A program made the translations under genes and the position numbers. From positions 608,001-672,000 of the forward strand of contig CAWJDT010000001.1 in NCBI GenBank assembly GCA_963841735.1: a DNA stretch of 64,000 nucleotides. The letters run 5' to 3'. The notes beneath the pieces were generated by a model. It did no database searches. It was not told where the DNA came from and saw nothing but the letters and a program-made list of their open reading frames with translations. This DNA is from an uncultured Actinomycetes bacterium. Lineage in GTDB: Bacteria; Actinomycetota; Thermoleophilia; RBG-16-64-13. Positions within the stretch are counted from its first letter, which is position 1. Every line of letters starts with the position of its first letter. Of the stretch, positions 58,169 to 64,000 are shown piece by piece.

Positions 58169-60177
58169 CGGGCCTCCTTATATGGCGCCCTCGTGTCGGC
58201 CGGCGAACCGGTCCGCGCTACCGCGGCGCTTGAGGTCGCCTCTTGCCCTATCTGCAGCGACGCTCCCGTCGCCAGGCCGGCAAGAAACCAGAACCCAAGG
58301 GCGACCACGAGCGTTTCCCACACGCTTGCAGTCACGTTCGCCACCGCCACCGCGATGAAGGCTCCAAACGTACCTGCTGCCAGCCCCCGTAGATACGGGT
58401 CAGGGCAGATCCGATGCCCCCTCACCAGCCCTCTGGCCGCCGACAAAAGGACCCATACGAAGAGTCCCAAAAGGAGCAGTCCGCCCTCGGCCGCCAGTTG
58501 AAGATAGAAATTGTCCACCCACAGGCCGCTGTACGCGAACCTCACAGCGCTGGTACCGCCGAACGTCCCCAGCCCCAGCCCAAACAAGGGGTGCGCCGCT
58601 ATCTGCCTAAGAGAGTACGTCCACACGTACAGACGTCCGAACGCCATACTCTGGGCGATATAGGTGGAACTGAAAGCGAAAGTCAGCCGGCTGACCAGCA
58701 CCCGCGGCATAGCAAACCAACCCACCAACCCCACAGTGAGGAGCGCCGCAAGGTAACGACGATGCGCCAGGATGAGGAGGGCGATGATCCCCGCGATCAG
58801 GCCCAGCCATCCCCCCCGGCTGAAAGTCACCGCTTCTCCGCAAAGCAGAATCACACAGGCGAGGCCCGTCGCTCCACGCTGAAGGCGGCTCTGTCCTTTA
58901 GACAGGGTGAGCCCCATAGAGACGAGCGCTCCTATGAGCAAGAACGCCCCCAGGCCGTTGGGGTTCTCGATGATGGAATACGCTCGGGTGCCTATTGCCA
59001 CCTCCCGGATATCAACCCAGTGACTCGGCATGGGTGCGTGGCTGATGTACTGGTATATCCCGTGGAGCGCCAGAGCCACGCTCGCCAGGAGGAACACCGC
59101 CACGGTCCACTGCACCAAGCGCTTGGTCTTCGGGAAGAGGAAGCCGAGGAAGTAGAACAACATAGGTTGAAAGATAAGCCTCAAGGCAAACACGCCCACA
59201 TTCCCAGGGACATGCTGCAGGACAACTGAACCAAGCCCGGCGAGCAACGCGAGCATCACAGGAAGTGTGATCGGTACGGTCCAGAGCACCGATCTCCGCC
59301 TGGCGATCAGGCATCCCAGAAGCAGCAGCAAGCACAAGAGCACGAAGGCTTCGTCCCAGGCCGCACCCAACCCCCCGAGACTCCGGCGAGCAATCCAATC
59401 AGCCCAAGGGAACGCAGCGGCCGCAAGCATCATCACCTCCGGCCGCCACAACACCAACGCAAGCAGGCACAGGGCCACAGCGAAGACCACTACCCTTGTC
59501 GCGGCAGACGGACCTCCGAGGCCGGCTACCACCCCGGCGGCGAGAGCCAAGGCCATGCCCGCCCCCAACGGGCCGGCGAGACTCCTCCAAGAAGGGCTCG
59601 CAACTCTTCCGACGTGCTCGCGGCTCGTCATCACAGAACCACGCGACCCTTCGACCACCGCGGCAAAGGCCCGTGAAGCCCCCCGCAGAAGGACGCTCTG
59701 CCTGACAGCGGAGCCAAACCGAGGCCCAAGCCCCAGGACTAAGGCGCCCGCCACCATGAGACATACCGAGGCGATCCGGCGACCCCCTGAGTCCGCAGGC
59801 TCCGACGCCAGCAACCCGACCCCCAAGGCAAGAATGCCCGCCCCCACAACCCATAGCCACGCGCCTGCTGCAAAAGCGGAGCGCGAGACTGCGGGCCTGC
59901 CGACGCGAACCACGCGCGCGCCAACATCACCGACACTCTTCTTGAGCCCGAGATAGAGCCAAGCAAGGGCGGATACCGCCGCCGACCGGTCGCCAAGGGC
60001 CAAAGGACGAGGGAGCGGTGCACGGCCAAAAAGGCGGCTGTCCGTGCAGGTTCGGCCCGCGGCCGCGGCTCCGGCGCAGACAACACGGCCGCTCAGCGAT
60101 AAACGCGCCGCCCCAACGATCCAGGCGACGGCTCGGCGGGCAGCGCGGCATACAAGAGAACCTCTAAGAATATTCAT
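58165..60177 (-). CDS. O-antigen ligase/Wzy-like polymerase family membrane protein
   Basis: RAYS..ENPN, TFSRGGW, PLFGLGLG, VDNFYLQ..AEGG; many TM segments. Confidence 0.85.
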   Translation of the reverse strand: MNILRGSLVCRAARRAVAWIVGAARLSLSGRVVCAGAAAAGRTCTDSRLFGRAPLPRPLALGDRSAAVSALAWLYLGLKKSVGDVGARVVRVGRPAVSRSAFAAGAWLWVVGAGILALGVGLLASEPADSGGRRIASVCLMVAGALVLGLGPRFGSAVRQSVLLRGASRAFAAVVEGSRGSVMTSREHVGRVASPSWRSLAGPLGAGMALALAAGVVAGLGGPSAATRVVVFAVALCLLALVLWRPEVMMLAAAAFPWADWIARRSLGGLGAAWDEAFVLLCLLLLLGCLIARRRSVLWTVPITLPVMLALLAGLGSVVLQHVPGNVGVFALRLIFQPMLFYFLGFLFPKTKRLVQWTVAVFLLASVALALHGIYQYISHAPMPSHWVDIREVAIGTRAYSIIENPNGLGAFLLIGALVSMGLTLSKGQSRLQRGATGLACVILLCGEAVTFSRGGWLGLIAGIIALLILAHRRYLAALLTVGLVGWFAMPRVLVSRLTFAFSSTYIAQSMAFGRLYVWTYSLRQIAAHPLFGLGLGTFGGTSAVRFAYSGLWVDNFYLQLAAEGGLLLLGLFVWVLLSAARGLVRGHRICPDPYLRGLAAGTFGAFIAVAVANVTASVWETLVVALGFWFLAGLATGASLQIGQEATSSAAVARTGSPADTRAPYKEAR

Positions 60178-60221
60178 GCCGCGTCCCTGTCCACACCGGG
60201 CTTCTCTGGGAGTCGCGCCCG

Positions 60222-60713
60222 CTACTTGGTCGCCTCCTCGCCCCAGACCACACTCCGTATGACCGTCGCGATCTCAAACCCCGCACCGACAAGCGTGACC
60301 CTCTTGCCTACGCGCATGGGCACACTCCCGATGCGCACAGAGGAACCGGAAACCACGCCCTCGCCCAACACCTCAATGCTCACGTCGCTGAATATCGGCG
60401 AGTCAAAGGCTTTCAGCTCGTCTGCGCCGGTGAAGAACTCCTCGCGGGTGGGAGTCACCATGACCTCCTGCACCTTCCCGAAGGCCGTTCCCCCATCATC
60501 TGTCACAGTACCCTCGATGTCCAGCGCAGCCAATTGCGCCGACTGGACCCTCTCGGCGGCAAAGCTAACCCGCACCGGAACAGTATCCACAGTCGCGTCT
60601 TTGAAGCGCACCGTCGCAAGAACCACGACTCCCACGATCACCAAGAGCACGAGGGCGTCGATAATGTTCACCTTGCCGAGAATTCGCCCGCGCTCATCTA
60701 GAAAGCGGCTCAT
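60222..60713 (-). CDS. DUF4330-like protein
   Basis: FLDERGRILGKVNIID followed by a TM helix; typical neighbour of csaB clusters. Confidence 0.75.
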   Translation of the reverse strand: MSRFLDERGRILGKVNIIDALVLLVIVGVVVLATVRFKDATVDTVPVRVSFAAERVQSAQLAALDIEGTVTDDGGTAFGKVQEVMVTPTREEFFTGADELKAFDSPIFSDVSIEVLGEGVVSGSSVRIGSVPMRVGKRVTLVGAGFEIATVIRSVVWGEEATK

Positions 60714-60844
60714 TGCCACCATCCTTAACGTAGTAATGCCGGTGTATCGGACTGCCCGAATTCTATCGGAATAGCCCGGTGATGCCCACTGCGTACCTTG
60801 CCATCGCCCTTGTAGTGGGCCTAGGCTTGGGCTACAGTCCGAAT

Positions 60845-61990
60845 ATGCCTGAACCCGTCGTATTCATAGCTTTTGGCACCCGCCCCGAGGCCATCAAGAT
60901 GGCTCCGGTAGTGCTCGAGCTGCGCCGGCGCGGAATCTTTCGGGTCATCACCTGCCTCACCGGCCAGCACCGGGAAATGCTCGACCAGGTCATCGAGGCC
61001 TTCGACCTACCGGTCGACCATGACTTGAAGATCATGCGCGAGCGCCAATCGCTGGGCCACATCACTTCGTCCGCGCTGGGCGGGGTCGAGACTCTGCTGG
61101 AGTCCGAGAAGCCCGACCTGGTGATGGTCCATGGAGACACCACCACCACCTTCGCCGCCGCATTGGCCGCCTTCTACCACAAGATTCCAGTAGCCCACGT
61201 CGAGGCGGGGCTGAGAACCGATGACCTCTACAACCCTTTCCCCGAGGAGATGAACCGCCGCCTCGCCGACCGGCTCACCCAGATCCACTACGCTCCTACC
61301 AGTGGCGCCCAAGAGGCTCTGCTGCGTGAAGGCACACCCTCCGAGAGCATCTTGATCACCGGAAACACCGTGATCGACGCCCTTCTGACTACCGCCGCCA
61401 CCGCGGTCCCCGAATGGGAGCCCAAGATCTCCCAGGCGCTGACGCAGCCAGGCCCCAAGGTGCTGGTCACAGTGCATCGCCGAGAGAGTTGGGGGACGCC
61501 CATGGAGCGAGTGGCTGAGGCGATAAAGCAGGTATGCGGGCGCGCCCCGCAGGTGACCTTCATCTTTCCCATCCACCTCAACCCAGTGGTGCGGACCACC
61601 TTCCGGGAGGCTCTGGGCGAGGTCTCCCAGGTTGTGTTCACCGAGCCGCTCCCCTATAGGCCGTTCGTGCATCTCATGAAGGCCGTCGACGTGGTGATCA
61701 CAGACTCAGGCGGAGTCCAGGAAGAAGCCCCCACCCTCGGAAAGCCAGTTCTGGTGATGCGCGACACCACCGAGCGTCCGGAAGGCATCGAGGCAGGCAC
61801 CGCCCGCTTGGTCGGCACCAACAGCGAGACCATCGCGCGGGAACTCCTACTGTTGCTGAACAACCGCGCCGCCTATGAGCGGATGGCCACAGCCGTCAAT
61901 CCCTACGGAGACGGTCGGGCGGCGGTACGCATCGCCGACCACCTGGAGTACCACTTCGGCCTGCGCGCGGCTCCCCCGAAGCCTTTCTAG
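60845..61990 (+). CDS. wecB: UDP-N-acetylglucosamine 2-epimerase (non-hydrolysing)
   Basis: FGTRPEAIKMAP, TGQHREML, HVEAGLRT, TDSGGVQEEAP, TERPEG, NPYGDG. Confidence 0.96.
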   Translation: MPEPVVFIAFGTRPEAIKMAPVVLELRRRGIFRVITCLTGQHREMLDQVIEAFDLPVDHDLKIMRERQSLGHITSSALGGVETLLESEKPDLVMVHGDTTTTFAAALAAFYHKIPVAHVEAGLRTDDLYNPFPEEMNRRLADRLTQIHYAPTSGAQEALLREGTPSESILITGNTVIDALLTTAATAVPEWEPKISQALTQPGPKVLVTVHRRESWGTPMERVAEAIKQVCGRAPQVTFIFPIHLNPVVRTTFREALGEVSQVVFTEPLPYRPFVHLMKAVDVVITDSGGVQEEAPTLGKPVLVMRDTTERPEGIEAGTARLVGTNSETIARELLLLLNNRAAYERMATAVNPYGDGRAAVRIADHLEYHFGLRAAPPKPF

Positions 61991-62029
61991 CAGAGACCCA
62001 CCCGGCGCGCCGGCGGTCGCGCGGCGCCC

Positions 62030-62884
62030 TTACGTCCGCGCGCGGCCCCGGGCGATGAGGCCGGCAGCGGCTCCGGCCCCCACGCCGTTGTCGATGTTCA
62101 CTGCCACCAGCCCCGGGGAGCAACTCTGCAGCATGGAGTAGAGCGCCGCCGTGCCGTCGCCACCCAGGCCGTATCCGGTCGAAGTGGGCACTCCCACCAC
62201 CGGGATGTCCACAAGCCCCGCGATGACAGAAGGCAGTGCGCCCTCCATGCCCGCGCAGACCACTAGGACGTCGGCCCCGCTCTCCAACATGTGGCCAAGA
62301 GGTTCGGCCAACCGATGCAGGCCGGCGACTCCGACGTCATATCCACGCTCGATCCTGCAGCCCATGTGACTGATCACCAGAGCCGCTTCCTCGGCCACGG
62401 GAATGTCCGACGTGCCCGCGGTGAGCAGGCCCACACACCCACGCTCCTCGGGCGGCCTGTAAGCTGAGGTGTGAGCGCTGAGTATGCGAGACCTTTCCTG
62501 ATAGACCACCTCCGGCGCCTCCCCAGCTCTGGCGCCGCCGAAACCCTCGCTTGAACTAAGGGTGGCCGCGGGAAGGCTCGTCAGAATGCGCTCCAGGCGC
62601 CTGCCCCGTTCTGGCCCCAGCCGGGTTACCAGAACAAACCCCCGCTCAACCAGACAGTGCGCCGCGATGGCTTCCAGATCGTCGTCACTCTTCCGGGAGG
62701 CGTAGATGACCTCGGGCACGCCCTTCCGCAGATCGCGGTTGGTGTCCAGCCTGGCGAAGTCGCCCAATTGCGCCACCTGGAACAGCCGCAGCTTCTGCAG
62801 CGCCTGGTCGGGGTCTATCTCCCCGGCGGCCAACCCCTCCAGGAGCCTGCGCAGGTCGGCGTCGTGTCGGCTGTCGTTACTCAA
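62030..62884 (-). CDS. larB: Nickel-pincer cofactor biosynthesis protein LarB
   Basis: ARLD..R..RKGVPEVIY, AGTSDIPVAEEA, DVGVAGLHR, AGMEGAL, PTSTGYG, VNIDNG. Confidence 0.92.
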   Translation of the reverse strand: MSNDSRHDADLRRLLEGLAAGEIDPDQALQKLRLFQVAQLGDFARLDTNRDLRKGVPEVIYASRKSDDDLEAIAAHCLVERGFVLVTRLGPERGRRLERILTSLPAATLSSSEGFGGARAGEAPEVVYQERSRILSAHTSAYRPPEERGCVGLLTAGTSDIPVAEEAALVISHMGCRIERGYDVGVAGLHRLAEPLGHMLESGADVLVVCAGMEGALPSVIAGLVDIPVVGVPTSTGYGLGGDGTAALYSMLQSCSPGLVAVNIDNGVGAGAAAGLIARGRART

Positions 62885-63720
62885 AGAGCAAACACCTTTC
62901 GGGCATTGTCGCCCTCCGCCGCCGCTCGTTGATGGGGCGTGAGGCATTCGAATCCGGCAAGGTAGCGCGCGGGAGACAGCAGCGGAAAGTCGCTGCCGAA
63001 GATGAGCTTGTCTGAGCCGGCGCAGGCCACCGCCACCTCGTAGACTCGGGGCTGGTACAAGTAGGGGACTGCAGCTGTGTCGTAGTAGACGTCGGCCAGC
63101 ACTTCGCGCACCTCCGGCATCAGTTCGTACAGAAAGAGCCCTCCACCCATGTGTGAGAAGACAAGCTTCAGCCCAGGGTAGGCCTTAGCCAGAGCCAGGC
63201 AGAGCTCTGGAGAGAACCGGCCCTTGCCGGGGTACTCGTGGCCCACGGGCTCGCTGGCATGGATCACCAAGGGGAGGCCGCGCTCGCGCAAACAACCAGC
63301 CACGGGGGCCAGATCGGCGAGCAGATCCGCGTCGGCCGGATCGGGCGCCAACTCCCCGCAGCCGCTCAAGCCCGCATTGAGACAGCGCTCCAACTCAGCC
63401 CCGGAGCCCGGGTCTCCTTGGGCAACGCAGGCCAACCCGGCCAACCGATCCGGACGACTTCTGACGGCCTCGATCACATAGTCGTTGACCAGGCGGCACA
63501 GCCCTGGGTCTCTGAACGCAAAGCCGAAGACGATCGACACGCCCACGCCCACCTCGTCCATGTGGGCCACCACCTCTTCGGCGGTTGCCATGCGGGCTAC
63601 CGGCGACCGATAAAGGGCCTCGAAGCGGGCATCCCGGTTGAGAAAGGCTTTCCTGTCGCCCACCATCTCGGGCGGGAACACGTGGACGTGAGCATCCACG
63701 ACCCCGCCGGCCCGCGGCAT
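62881..63720 (-). CDS. Amidohydrolase_2-family metal-dependent hydrolase
   Basis: DAHVH, GCGEL, EPVGHEYPGKG, SHMGGG, YYDTAA, FGSDFP. Confidence 0.85.
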   Translation of the reverse strand: MPRAGGVVDAHVHVFPPEMVGDRKAFLNRDARFEALYRSPVARMATAEEVVAHMDEVGVGVSIVFGFAFRDPGLCRLVNDYVIEAVRSRPDRLAGLACVAQGDPGSGAELERCLNAGLSGCGELAPDPADADLLADLAPVAGCLRERGLPLVIHASEPVGHEYPGKGRFSPELCLALAKAYPGLKLVFSHMGGGLFLYELMPEVREVLADVYYDTAAVPYLYQPRVYEVAVACAGSDKLIFGSDFPLLSPARYLAGFECLTPHQRAAAEGDNARKVFAL

Positions 63721-63736
63721 GACCCTCCCGGGGGTG

Positions 63737-64000
63737 TCAGGCAACGGCCGTGAGGAGGATGGTTTCCACAAGCTCTTCATACGAGATCCCGGCCGCGCGA
63801 GCTTGGGCAGGCAGATCGGATGTGTCCGTCATACCGGGCAGAGTGTTCACCTCCACGAACCAGGGGACTCCCTCCTGGTCGACCATCATGTCCACCCGGG
63901 CGTAGCCCCGGCAGCCGATGGCGCTGAAGGCCGCGATAGCCACCCGTTCGGCTTCGAGCGTAGTCTTCCGCCGACAGCCTGGCGGGGAGGATGAACTCGG
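63737..64000 (-). CDS. ddl: D-alanine--D-alanine ligase, C-terminal part (5' end outside the window; indel near 63965)
   Basis: ILPARL, GCRGYARVD, EVNTLPGMTDTSDLP..A..AG. Confidence 0.9.
   Translation of the reverse strand, partial: PSSSSPPGCRRKTTLEAERVAIAAFSAIGCRGYARVDMMVDQEGVPWFVEVNTLPGMTDTSDLPAQARAAGISYEELVETILLTAVA

Noticed and set aside
1-64000. tRNA, rRNA, transposase, integrase, prophage or anti-phage defence genes
   Set aside because: None recognised by eye; covariance-model and HMM searches would be needed to exclude them formally

Overview
GC-rich bacterial chromosomal window; gene content suggests an actinobacterium, possibly Thermoleophilia (inference only). Most of it is housekeeping or envelope genes: mtaB-dtd-PHP-DAGK-TPR, an ECF sigma/anti-sigma pair, a ClC channel, ileS with a T-box, moxR-DUF58-transglutaminase, ferredoxin-iscS-iscU, DUF3160, nrdR-nrdJ, an OmpR/histidine kinase/GerMN trio, a MalT-like regulator, ssb, a csaB/tagA/murJ polysaccharide cluster, larB and a partial ddl. 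Two things stand out. (1) A six-gene minus-strand cassette (13910-22671) behind a sigma-28-type promoter: a giant secreted C25 (gingipain/PorU-like) protease-adhesin, a PqqD/RRE protein, a radical SAM-SPASM enzyme, an easily missed 70-aa Cys-rich precursor with a YxxPxL leader, an HPr-kinase-like protein and a soluble S24/S26 peptidase. This is a probable RiPP system that I do not know to be characterised. (2) A 159-bp palindromic element present twice: once in frame inside IleRS as a 53-aa insertion, and once inside the loop of the ileS T-box terminator, with compensatory base changes between the copies. Many genes between about 25 and 40 kb are broken by single-base indels that look like assembly errors rather than biology.
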